A program made the translations under genes and the position numbers. Below the pieces are notes generated by a model. It searched no databases. It was not told the DNA's origin and saw nothing but the letters and a program-made list of their open reading frames with translations. Shown here one piece after another: positions 42,678 through 52,100 of a DNA stretch of 64,000 bases. The stretch lies in sequence record PP496440.1, one strand, 5' to 3'. Every line of letters begins with the position of its first letter. Position 1 is the stretch's first letter.

Positions 42678-45600
42678 TTAGAAGGATGAATTGTTGACCA
42701 TCATCACCATAATGTCATCGATGTTCTTGGCCGCTTTGGTCGTACCATTACCAGAGTTGCTGCCCCCACCACCGGATTGAACCACTTGTGGTGCAGGTTG
42801 CTCTTTAACCGCATTGGTGGTACGGTCCTGTGTCTGAATGAGTGCTGCCGTCTGTGCAGTCTGCAACTGCGACTTGCTCTCATTGAGATTGCTGCGTGCG
42901 GAACCAACGTCCTGCAGGTTGCTGTTGGCTGCACTCAGGGACTTGAACTCACCTGTGACAAGGGGTGCCGAAGATTCTACTGGCTTGATCATCGACAGGC
43001 GTTGTGCTGGTTCGGTCAGGACACCTTTGCTAACCAGTGGGTCCAGCACAATTGCCGGATCTGTAGGCTTGCTCTGGGTGATCGGGACCGGACCAGTAAC
43101 ACCTTTAGTTGCCGACATCGACTGATTAGCAGCAGGCGTGGACACAGTGTTCGCTGGCAATGGGGTGATGCCTGGAATGAAGGGTGGGGTAGGGGCAGCA
43201 ACACCTTTAACCGGTACGTCGGTGGCAGGTCCAGCCTTGCCGATAGCCAACGGAGTTACTACCTTGCCGTTGGTGTCTACCTTAGGTACAGTCATGGACG
43301 TACTGATCGCAGCATCCACTTTGTTCTTCATATCCTTGCTGTACTTCTGGTTGTTCTCCGTACCGTTCCAGGCGTCAAGCATTTCGATGTCGGAGATCTG
43401 ACCTTGGTAGCCTTCCTGACGGAATACTGCCTTGGCAATTGCCATCATCGTCGGCTGGTCGTTAGGGTCCAGCTTCTGGTTTGGATCGATACCGGTTTCC
43501 TTCGAGACGGCCGTGACATAGCCACTGGTATCGTTCTCGTTCGGCGGTGTCAGCTTGTTGACCAACTGCTTCAAGGTCATGCCTTCCGCGGACACGTGCT
43601 TACGCGCCAGCTTGAACCACGCCCTCGCACCGTGCACGACAGTATCGAACTTCTCGAATCCACCTTCCTGACCGATTTCCCCTACCCACTGGTTCTTGTC
43701 GCTGGCCCGGATGTTACCTGGGTTGAAGTTCCGAGTTGCCAGCGTAGCTTGACCTTTGAGCGGTCCAGAACCGGAGCCCTGATACGATACGCTCTGATCC
43801 AGCGTACCCGGCTGCGGCAGAACAGGAATGGCTTGGCCCTTGATGTTCGGCGACGCACTGAAATCTTGGGCAGGGCTGGACACAGATTGCTCTTTGTCGA
43901 ACCAGTTCATCGGGTTGATGCGGGTAGCCAGATCCTTGGCTTTCTGCACCATATCTGCAATACGGTTCGGGTTGCTGAAGAAGTCGATGGCCGCACCGAT
44001 GGCGATACCCGTCGGGCCAAAGATTGCACCCTTGAGTCCACCTTCACCGAGGTAGTCCTTGGCGGTATCCAGCATGTTCGTGCCGAGCTTGGTCACAGAG
44101 TCCAGTGTACCCGATGCTAGATCCTGTACCGACTTCCAGCCTTCCGTACCCCACGTTGTGACAGTATCCCAGCCTTTGCTTAGGCCGGTCATCATGTCAT
44201 TAGTGAAACCTTCCATGTACTTCGATGCTTTGTCCAGGCCACCCGCTACAGTGTCGGTGACGAACTTGGCTGCAGGCCCCAGTACATCGGTAACCTTGTC
44301 CAGTCCCGCATAGATGTCTTTGGTGTCGATCAAGCCGAACGACAACCCCGAGGCAATCGAGGACAGTGCCGCTTGAGACTTCTGACCGAACGTGGCTTCT
44401 TGGCCCGGCTTCAACCCGGCGATGTCTGAGGCGTTATTCCAACCGTCGAACCCATCGTAGGCCGCCATCGCAGCAATACCGATAGGACCTAAGAGTTTGC
44501 TGGCGCCGGAAAGCAGCCCTCGACCCGCCAGCCGTGCTACCTTACCCCCAGCTTTGGCTAACCCAACGCCTCGGCTGGCAAGCTTACCTGCACGTGTCGC
44601 TGGCCTTGGCCGGGCCGACGGGACGTGGGGCTCACCAGCAGATGGACCAGTTGGATGCGGCGTAGAAGAGTTACGGGGACGAACCGATCCGGTGGCTGTA
44701 TCCAGAACAGCGTCAATGTTGTCATCTGTTTGGTCACGACCACGACGCAGGCCAACCAGACTGCCAATAGCCCCGGCACCAGCACCTACAAACGCTGCCA
44801 TCTTGCCGACGCGACCGGTAGCGAAGCGGCCAACACCTTTGGCAGCACGTCCCAGCCGACTGCCACCCCGAGCAGCACCTTCCGCTGTACCCCTTGCAGC
44901 TCCTTTGCGTGCAGCACGGCCTGTGAGGATAGCCGAGCCAGCGGCACCCAGACCACCCACGATACCGTCGGACAATCCTAGAGCAGCGTCGAAGTTACCC
45001 AAGCCTAGAGCATTGAGCAAGCCAGAGATTGCGGTGGACGCTACGCCTTTACCAGCAGCAACGATGCCGGGGTTGCGAACGAAGCGATCACTCAGCTTGT
45101 TCTTTTGCAGCCCAGACTCTACGTCGCCGTGATCCAGCAACGACTCATCGAACTTCTCGTTCAACTCTTTCAGGTTGAATACGATCTTTTCGTCAGTAGT
45201 GTCAGACTGAACTTTCTGCAAGATGTTGGCAACTTTCTTGCTGGTGTGAGCATTCAGCTTACCGTCTGCCCGAAACGCTTTCTGCATAGCCACCACTTGC
45301 GCAGCGAATTGCGGAATGGCAGACAGCTGTTTGATCACACCTTGCATCGCATCCTTGCGTTCATTCAGGCTACCGTTCTTCAACGTCTTGATAGCACCCG
45401 CGATGTCCGCGTCTACCGACTGGCGTTGGAATGCAACCTTCTCATATCCCTTGAGCATGGTTGCAATCTGAGCGTATTCCTTCTCCGAGATGTCGCTGTT
45501 ATGCGACAGGAGCTTCTCGATGTCCTTTAACTGCGGGTTCTCTTTCAGCTGGCGCGACTGGCGCAGGAAGCCAACGGTCTCCCCCGCAATGGTGCTCCGG

Positions 45601-46193
45601 TAGTTCTTACCCAGTCGGCGGTCCGTGATACGATCAGTCATCTGGCTGACGACTTTGTTGCTGTCTACGTGCGCAATCGGAGCAACCGCTTTGAGATCGA
45701 TAGCTACCGCTTTGGCAGACTCGACAACGGCGTGTGCCTGATCAGAGTCAACCGACTTCCGGTTCAACACATCTTCGTACAGCTTGCGCTCGGGACCGGA
45801 CCGGAACTTCTGAAGACGCTCCAGTGCATCCATCTGGTCCTGAATGGTCTTTTGCAGGGACTCATCACCCTGCTTCTGAGCCTTCTTCATCTGCTTCATC
45901 AGTTCCAGCTGGGTCTTGCTGTAATCCAGCAGATCCGACTGGTTGCTCACCGAGTCCAGAATGGTGGTCAACTGATCATGCAAGCCTTTACCCATGAGGA
46001 AGGTGGGCACCATGGATTTCATGGCACGCTTGAGCACGTCAACGCCTTCCGTGAAAGCACTAGAGGCCAATGCGTTTGACCGCTCGGCCATCTTGAGTTG
46101 CTTTTCACTCATCTTGTCCCGATCAATGGAACTCGGGTCGATGTTGTTGCTCTTGAGGATGTCTAAGTACGTTTCATTGATTAGGGTCGGCAT
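42678..46193 (-). CDS. Tape measure protein with lysozyme-like domain
   Basis: 1171 aa helical/Gly-Ala-rich; RNFNPGNIR...FDT...GARA...PPNENDT motif; follows chaperones. Confidence 0.75.
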   Translation of the reverse strand: MPTLINETYLDILKSNNIDPSSIDRDKMSEKQLKMAERSNALASSAFTEGVDVLKRAMKSMVPTFLMGKGLHDQLTTILDSVSNQSDLLDYSKTQLELMKQMKKAQKQGDESLQKTIQDQMDALERLQKFRSGPERKLYEDVLNRKSVDSDQAHAVVESAKAVAIDLKAVAPIAHVDSNKVVSQMTDRITDRRLGKNYRSTIAGETVGFLRQSRQLKENPQLKDIEKLLSHNSDISEKEYAQIATMLKGYEKVAFQRQSVDADIAGAIKTLKNGSLNERKDAMQGVIKQLSAIPQFAAQVVAMQKAFRADGKLNAHTSKKVANILQKVQSDTTDEKIVFNLKELNEKFDESLLDHGDVESGLQKNKLSDRFVRNPGIVAAGKGVASTAISGLLNALGLGNFDAALGLSDGIVGGLGAAGSAILTGRAARKGAARGTAEGAARGGSRLGRAAKGVGRFATGRVGKMAAFVGAGAGAIGSLVGLRRGRDQTDDNIDAVLDTATGSVRPRNSSTPHPTGPSAGEPHVPSARPRPATRAGKLASRGVGLAKAGGKVARLAGRGLLSGASKLLGPIGIAAMAAYDGFDGWNNASDIAGLKPGQEATFGQKSQAALSSIASGLSFGLIDTKDIYAGLDKVTDVLGPAAKFVTDTVAGGLDKASKYMEGFTNDMMTGLSKGWDTVTTWGTEGWKSVQDLASGTLDSVTKLGTNMLDTAKDYLGEGGLKGAIFGPTGIAIGAAIDFFSNPNRIADMVQKAKDLATRINPMNWFDKEQSVSSPAQDFSASPNIKGQAIPVLPQPGTLDQSVSYQGSGSGPLKGQATLATRNFNPGNIRASDKNQWVGEIGQEGGFEKFDTVVHGARAWFKLARKHVSAEGMTLKQLVNKLTPPNENDTSGYVTAVSKETGIDPNQKLDPNDQPTMMAIAKAVFRQEGYQGQISDIEMLDAWNGTENNQKYSKDMKNKVDAAISTSMTVPKVDTNGKVVTPLAIGKAGPATDVPVKGVAAPTPPFIPGITPLPANTVSTPAANQSMSATKGVTGPVPITQSKPTDPAIVLDPLVSKGVLTEPAQRLSMIKPVESSAPLVTGEFKSLSAANSNLQDVGSARSNLNESKSQLQTAQTAALIQTQDRTTNAVKEQPAPQVVQSGGGGSNSGNGTTKAAKNIDDIMVMMVNNSSF

Positions 46194-46203
46194 GGCCTGT
46201 TAC

Positions 46204-46413
46204 CTATTTCCGCTGGATCAAATTGGAGAGCATCTTCAACATGTTAGCGTTGCGGTCAGCCTCCTCTTTGAGACGGATCGTTAACAGGTTGTTCAGCTTC
46301 ACCAGTCTGTCGTACGGCATAAATTGAATGTGGAAGGCATCAACTATCCCTTCCGCGGCCAAATCGCAAGCCATTTTTAGAAGTAGGCGTGGCTCCACGA
46401 AAGGGTGTGACAA
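46204..46413 (-). CDS. Tail assembly chaperone second ORF (GT/gp51-like), possibly reached by frameshift
   Basis: IQFMPYDRL..LNNLL..RLKEE; overlaps the upstream gene by 74 nt; TTG start with AAGGAGG. Confidence 0.6.
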   Translation of the reverse strand: MSHPFVEPRLLLKMACDLAAEGIVDAFHIQFMPYDRLVKLNNLLTIRLKEEADRNANMLKMLSNLIQRK

Positions 46414-47347
46414 GCATCGAGTCCTCCTTCACCTCGACACGAACATTTTTGATGACCCGTTCAATGAACTGCGGATAGAAGTTCTTTTGACCTTCCTCTT
46501 TCTCCGCTTCCATTTTTACCCAATCTTCATTGAGCACTTTCTCTTTGACCGGGACGATCAAGTCCGAGATACCGTGGTAGAGCATGGTATCGATGGCCGT
46601 CAGCATCATCATCCGCTCGCCTGTGGCGTCGGCCACCAGCTTCAACATGGGCTCAAGATCCTGATCACTGCCCAAAGCCAACCATGCGTGAGCCTGATTG
46701 ATATCCTTGCGAACTTCTTCCGGGACATTGAGGTAGGCCAGATGCTGGCGCAGAGTGACCGGCATGAACTCGATGCTCTGCATGCGACCACTGATCTCAG
46801 TATCGAGGATGATCGGTAGCTCTATCGTGAGTTCGTCGAATGCCAGTTCAGACGCACGCATGACGTGGTGACATTCCACCTCGTCTACCACGAAGGACAG
46901 CTGCACTTCTTCCGTGCCCATGGTGGAGAACTTGCGGTACATCGCGATGCAGATGAAGTCACCCATAGTCAGGTCGAGCGGATCGATCCCGGTGGCAGTA
47001 ATGCCGTCGAGAATGTGCATGAACCGCTCAATCTCGGAGAACCGCCCTTCACTGACCGTTTCAATCTCGGCAAACGTGTAGGGACGGTAAGACACCGTGA
47101 CGCCCGCCGGGTAGGGGCGGAACTGGCTCGGCAGTTCCTTCATCTGGAACCACGGCACGTCCACTTCTTCAGTGGTGAGCTTCTGAGGGGGCAGTGGCTC
47201 GGGTGCTGCTTGCATCATGGAGGCCAAGCTTACTGCATCACCATCCACGGAGTCTTGATCAACGTCGCCCCAATCAAGGCTTTCCTTCTTAGGGTCGGGC
47301 GTATCCGCCTGCCGTTGGTGTGGGGGAATGGGGTTCTGGGTGAACAT
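46340..47347 (-). CDS. Tail/baseplate assembly chaperone (gp26-like)
   Basis: ELPSQFRPYP...VSYRPYTFAE, LTMGDFICIAMYRK pattern; upstream of the tape measure. Confidence 0.7.
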   Translation of the reverse strand: MFTQNPIPPHQRQADTPDPKKESLDWGDVDQDSVDGDAVSLASMMQAAPEPLPPQKLTTEEVDVPWFQMKELPSQFRPYPAGVTVSYRPYTFAEIETVSEGRFSEIERFMHILDGITATGIDPLDLTMGDFICIAMYRKFSTMGTEEVQLSFVVDEVECHHVMRASELAFDELTIELPIILDTEISGRMQSIEFMPVTLRQHLAYLNVPEEVRKDINQAHAWLALGSDQDLEPMLKLVADATGERMMMLTAIDTMLYHGISDLIVPVKEKVLNEDWVKMEAEKEEGQKNFYPQFIERVIKNVRVEVKEDSMLVTPFRGATPTSKNGLRFGRGRDS

Positions 47348-47374
47348 TATGGTGACCTCATTTATAGGTAGGGT

Positions 47375-48457
47375 TTAGCTGAAGAACTGACCGATACTCG
47401 TCTTGGCCGACTTGTAGCCACTGGCTACCTGGTTTGCACCGCTGTTGATCGCGTTGTTAGCTGACTGCGAGATTCCACTAGTGGCGCTGTCGAACTTGCT
47501 GGAGACGGCACCGATGGCACTGGTGTAAGCATTGCTGACATCGTTCTGCAGGGTGGTCAAGCCGGTAGAGATGCGGTCGATGGCACTGTTGGCCGTGCTA
47601 CTCAGCCCCGCAGCACTCTTGAGCAAGCTGGTCGCCGTTCCAGATGGATCCAGGTCGCTACGGGTTGCACCTGGCGAACCGATGACCTCAAGCTTGAGCA
47701 CGTACTGGCTCAAGTCCCCTTGTGACTTGCCGGAGAACGTGAGCGTACCGGAAGGAACTACCTTGTATGGTCTAATCTCTACAGTGTCCTTTTGCCGGGA
47801 CATCTTCTTGATGTACAGCATCTTGTACGCATCACCCATGGGCACGATACGACCCCCGGACCCGCCGATGTTCTGGTTCATCCACGTGGTGAAGTAGTTG
47901 AACAGACTATTGACATGATCGTCCAAGAAGACAATCTGGATCGACATGGCATGAGTACCTTCCATGATGGTGATCGTGGTAGGCCCCATCTGGAAGTCAC
48001 GGGTGGTCACGTGCGCAGCGTCTTCCTCGATGTCAATTACCGGGAGCCAAGACTGGAAGTACGAGGGCAGCGCATTGGCGTCGGCCAGCTTGATGTCCCA
48101 GAGCTGATCCGTGTTCCACTCCACCTGTTGCAAGTCCAGCACGTTCTGCAAGTAACCGGAGTGTGCCGGGATAGGAGGTGAAGCGTTGGCATAGTTGCCG
48201 ATGCTTCCCTGAAACAGCCCGAGGGACGTCAGCCCGCTCTTGATGGCCCCCAGTGACAGGGAGTTGTCACCTGTGAGTCGATACAACTTGTCGTTGATCT
48301 TTTGTTCAACGTAGCCACCCAGCCGACTCTGAATGGTGTTGCCAATGATGCCTGTTACCGCGCCAAGTGATCCACTCTTGCGATAGGTACTGATTGCCTC
48401 GATACCCGTAGTGAATGCCCCCAGCGCGCTATTGGTCTTTAGACTGAAAAGGCCCAT
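47375..48457 (-). CDS. Tail-tube-fold baseplate protein (gp54/gp48-like)
   Basis: IQIVFLDD...LFNYFTTW...YK.LYI pattern; start reassigned to ATG 48457 (AGAGGA). Confidence 0.6.
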   Translation of the reverse strand: MGLFSLKTNSALGAFTTGIEAISTYRKSGSLGAVTGIIGNTIQSRLGGYVEQKINDKLYRLTGDNSLSLGAIKSGLTSLGLFQGSIGNYANASPPIPAHSGYLQNVLDLQQVEWNTDQLWDIKLADANALPSYFQSWLPVIDIEEDAAHVTTRDFQMGPTTITIMEGTHAMSIQIVFLDDHVNSLFNYFTTWMNQNIGGSGGRIVPMGDAYKMLYIKKMSRQKDTVEIRPYKVVPSGTLTFSGKSQGDLSQYVLKLEVIGSPGATRSDLDPSGTATSLLKSAAGLSSTANSAIDRISTGLTTLQNDVSNAYTSAIGAVSSKFDSATSGISQSANNAINSGANQVASGYKSAKTSIGQFFS

Positions 48458-48494
48458 ACCGATATCCTCTTGTATGTAGCGGCGGCGCATACAC

Positions 48495-48502
48495 GTAATT
48501 AG
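48495..48502 (-). promoter_or_regulatory. Candidate phage promoter (CTAATTA class)
   Basis: CTAATTAC between a terminator and the first gene of the tail operon. Confidence 0.5.
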
Positions 48503-48529
48503 CGTAAGGGCTTAGTTGCCACACAGACG

Positions 48530-48564
48530 AAAAAAGCCCGCGCAGCTTGTGGCCGGGCGGGCTT
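48530..48564 (-). terminator. Intrinsic terminator
   Basis: AAGCCCGC/GCGGGCTT stem with U-tract on the minus strand. Confidence 0.75.
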
Positions 48565-48585
48565 GAGGTGGTGCAAGTACAGGGT

Positions 48586-49077
48586 CTAGCGTTTGCTTAG
48601 CAACCCCATTATCGCCAGCAGTCGATCCTTAGTTGTGGCTTCGCCTGATGCGATTGGGGGCGTTTCCGGGGTTTCCTCCACCGCTGATACGTCCAACGGG
48701 GTGATCGTGTCGCCTGCGCTGTCCTGCGTCGGTTCCGGTGCGTCGGCCACGGCCAGCGCATCGACCCACGTTGAATCTGCGGGACCACGTTGCACGTCCC
48801 GGCCAGTCAGATCCACATTGGTTGCGACGATGAGTTGATCGTCTTGAGTGTCAGTAGCCCCACCCTTCTTCATGGACAGCACCGAAATGATCTCCTTGAC
48901 CAGTAGTACGTCATTCAGGTTGATTTGCTTGGGGTAGCGTTGCACACTCTTACTTCGCATGTAGGCCACGTAAGCGCGAGTGGTAGGTGCATCCCACACA
49001 CCAGGTTCATAATCGTCGTGCAGCAGACCACGGCGTATGAACGCCCGCTGCACCTTGGCTAGCAAGGCGGTATCCAT
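48586..49077 (-). CDS. Hypothetical protein with possible peptidoglycan-binding-like N-terminus
   Basis: VQRAFIRRG...PGVWDAPTTRAYVAY resembles PG_binding_1. Confidence 0.5.
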   Translation of the reverse strand: MDTALLAKVQRAFIRRGLLHDDYEPGVWDAPTTRAYVAYMRSKSVQRYPKQINLNDVLLVKEIISVLSMKKGGATDTQDDQLIVATNVDLTGRDVQRGPADSTWVDALAVADAPEPTQDSAGDTITPLDVSAVEETPETPPIASGEATTKDRLLAIMGLLSKR

Positions 49078-49138
49078 TTCAACAGTTCCTTTTGGTAGAC
49101 AGGGTGGATGGGAATTCCCATCCACCCTGTATCACGTG

Positions 49139-52100
49139 TTACGCCACCTCACGCAGCTTCCACTTGGTTTCGGCCTTGACTGCTTTCGCCAGTGCCCGAC
49201 CGGCAGCAGCCTCGCTGATCTTGCCGAGGTCTGTGTTGCCGTCCTGCGTTTCGAGTACGTAGCCAGCCTTGGTCTTGACCAGTGCAATGAAGCGCGTGCC
49301 AGACTTGGTTTGGAAGCGACGGATCGTCTTGCCGGTTACTTCGGTGTTCACCTTGGCAGCGGGTGTACGCTTCTTCGTGCGCAGCGTCAGCGACTTGATC
49401 GTTTCCATGACCTCGTCGTAGTTGCCCACACTTACACCTGAACGCACGATGGCGTCCAGTTCTGCCTTGGCTTCCGCCTTGCTGTTCGACAGGATGAACC
49501 ACTCGCTGTCCGAAGACTCCCACTTGACCGTAGGAACGATAACCTTGCGACGCACCTGTACAGCCGATGGTTGCTTAGTCATGTCTACCAAGATCCAGCA
49601 TTCACCTTCGTAGAACATCACGTATGGACGCAGTTCACCTTTCGGCACCGCGCGCTTGCGGTCCAGGTGGAAGTTGCGAACGTCGGTGTCGAGTGCAGCC
49701 TCGAAGTTCAGGAGTCGGCGCTTGCCCTGTGTGAAAGCGGCCAGTGCGGATTCCAGATCCTTCAAGTAGCGCGGCTGAACCTCGAAGTTCTCTTTCAGCT
49801 TGTCGATGACGCTGGACAACGCCCGGTAGGTCGGCACGATTGCATAAATGAACTTCCCGGTCTCGCGGAAGCCCAACTGCGTAGCCATCTTGTCCGTGAC
49901 ATCCGGATCTTCGCGATCCAATGCCAGCTGGATCATGTTGTTCAACACACCTGGGTACACGTAGATCTCACCATCAAGATCACGGTTACGTTCCACCACG
50001 GCTTTCTTGACCGGGGCATCCGGGATCGGCGCGGGTGCGTCTTCCGGTTCCTCGGTGTCGTCTTCCTCCGGTTCCTCTACCACTGGATCGGATTCAGGCG
50101 TCGAGTACTGGGTGGCGCGTTCCGGCATGCCCACCATCTCTGCCAGTCGCTGGCGTACGGGCACCTTGTTCGGCTTGAGGATCACGAACACCGCCAGCTT
50201 GTTAACCGAGACCGTGCCGATTTCCTTGATCTTCACCTTGAGGGTGTTTTTCCCGGAGCTGATAACCTCTCCATCCCCGTACTCGGTGTGAACCTGCAAA
50301 CCTTTCATGTCGGCTTCATCAGCCGTCAAGTCATTGTCTGCCAGCCAGTCGGATACCGGAATGATACCCAGCGCGTCTGTGAACGGCAGCTGCATGTTCG
50401 AGGTGTACGGCACCGTGATCAGCGCGGAGCCCGGCAGGTTACCCGCTGTCGGAATCTCCTTGGCTTTTGTTGGGCCGTCGTACGTCTTGAGAAAGTCGGC
50501 GTATTCATCCCGGCGGATCTTGGTGTACTGCCCGTAAGCATCTACGTAGCTGAACAGCGAACCCTGATCGTCTTCCGAACCGAACTTGTTGGCGTCCATG
50601 ATCGAATCAAGAGTCATGCTGACCAGCGGCAGGTTAGGCAGCTTGTCGTAACGAGCGTCCGACGCCTGGAAGCGAACCATCGTCAAGAGCTTCGACATCA
50701 TCCGTGCCGTCTTGGTCACGTCGATAGTGCCGTCGGCAATGATGCGGTCGAAGAAGATCTTGCTGCGTGCACCATACTTGTTCTTCGGGTCGGGGCGGTT
50801 GAGTCGCGACTGCCCTTGTTCGAATTCCCCCGGCGACCATACCGAGTCCGTCGAGATCAAGCGGTTGACGAACTGGAAGTTGTGGCCTGTGTTCAGGGAT
50901 GTCTCAACCCCGATCAAGCCGATGATACTGTCATCCTTCTCGAACTTCGGCAGCAGCTTGTCTTTGTCTGCGGCGTAGTACAGGATAACCTTCTTCTGGA
51001 GGTCAGGTGGAAGCGATGCGTGCAATGCCTGAGCCGATGCCACATACGCACAGAAGATCAGCACCTTGCCGTTCGTTTTGTCGCGGCTGTGCTCATCGAA
51101 CAACCGGATGATCTCTTTGGCTTTCGGGCTGATACGATCCGAGCCCTGCAATACCTTGTCACCAACCTTATCGTGCGCCGGTGCCGAGATGAACATTTCC
51201 AGTCGCTGCAAGTACGGACGCAGCAGCATCTCGATGTTGGCGACGTTTTCCTCACCTTCATCCGACGCTTTCAGTTTCTTCATCAGATCCGCATCGGCCA
51301 TGATGGCTTCGACGGCATCATTCAGAATGTCCTGATAAACGGCCATCTGTTTCTTCGACAGCGATACCTTGTGGAACGTCTCAGTGGCCGCTGGCAACAA
51401 TGCTGCCCACTCCCGCCGGGACACACGCACGTAGTCTGCTGCGCTGTTCATCTGGGTACGCACGTCACGCTCGGCGTTGTTCTTCCAGCTGAGCGGTTTC
51501 CCTTGGAACGTCTCGGCAGCGTACCGCTCGATGAAGTCCTTCTTGGAACCGAACGTCGATGGCGACATGATCGAGAACTGACCTGCCGCATCCGTCAGTT
51601 GCCCGTGCACGTAGGTACCTGTGGTCTGACGGAGGTTATCCGACAGGGTGGCCTGCGCCCGTACCGAGGAAGATCGTGCACTGTCCAAATTGGCCAGATA
51701 CTGCGATTCGTCCATGGACAAGTAGATCCACTCGAAGCGGCGCATCAGCTCTGAGTTGTTCGACAGGATCAGATCGGTGTTGCCGTACTGAATGCTGTAC
51801 TGCCCGTTCTTGGGGAAGTCGAAGTCACACAGAACCAACGTGTTGACCGGCGCGTTGTAGATCAAGTTGTACATGTAGTCGTGACCATAACGGTTGATCA
51901 CGTCTGTGGACAGCACGATCACGTTGACCGAACCTTGGGTCAAGTAAGTGATGTCCTCGATGTAGTTCTTGATCAGGTTCTTCGGGCACATCATCAGCGG
52001 ACGCTTCTGCTGCTGGCCTTTCAGATCGCCACGCTCGTAATACTGACCGAGGGTGTACAGGCAGTCCAACACGTTCATCAGCGTCTTACCGCCGCCCGCA

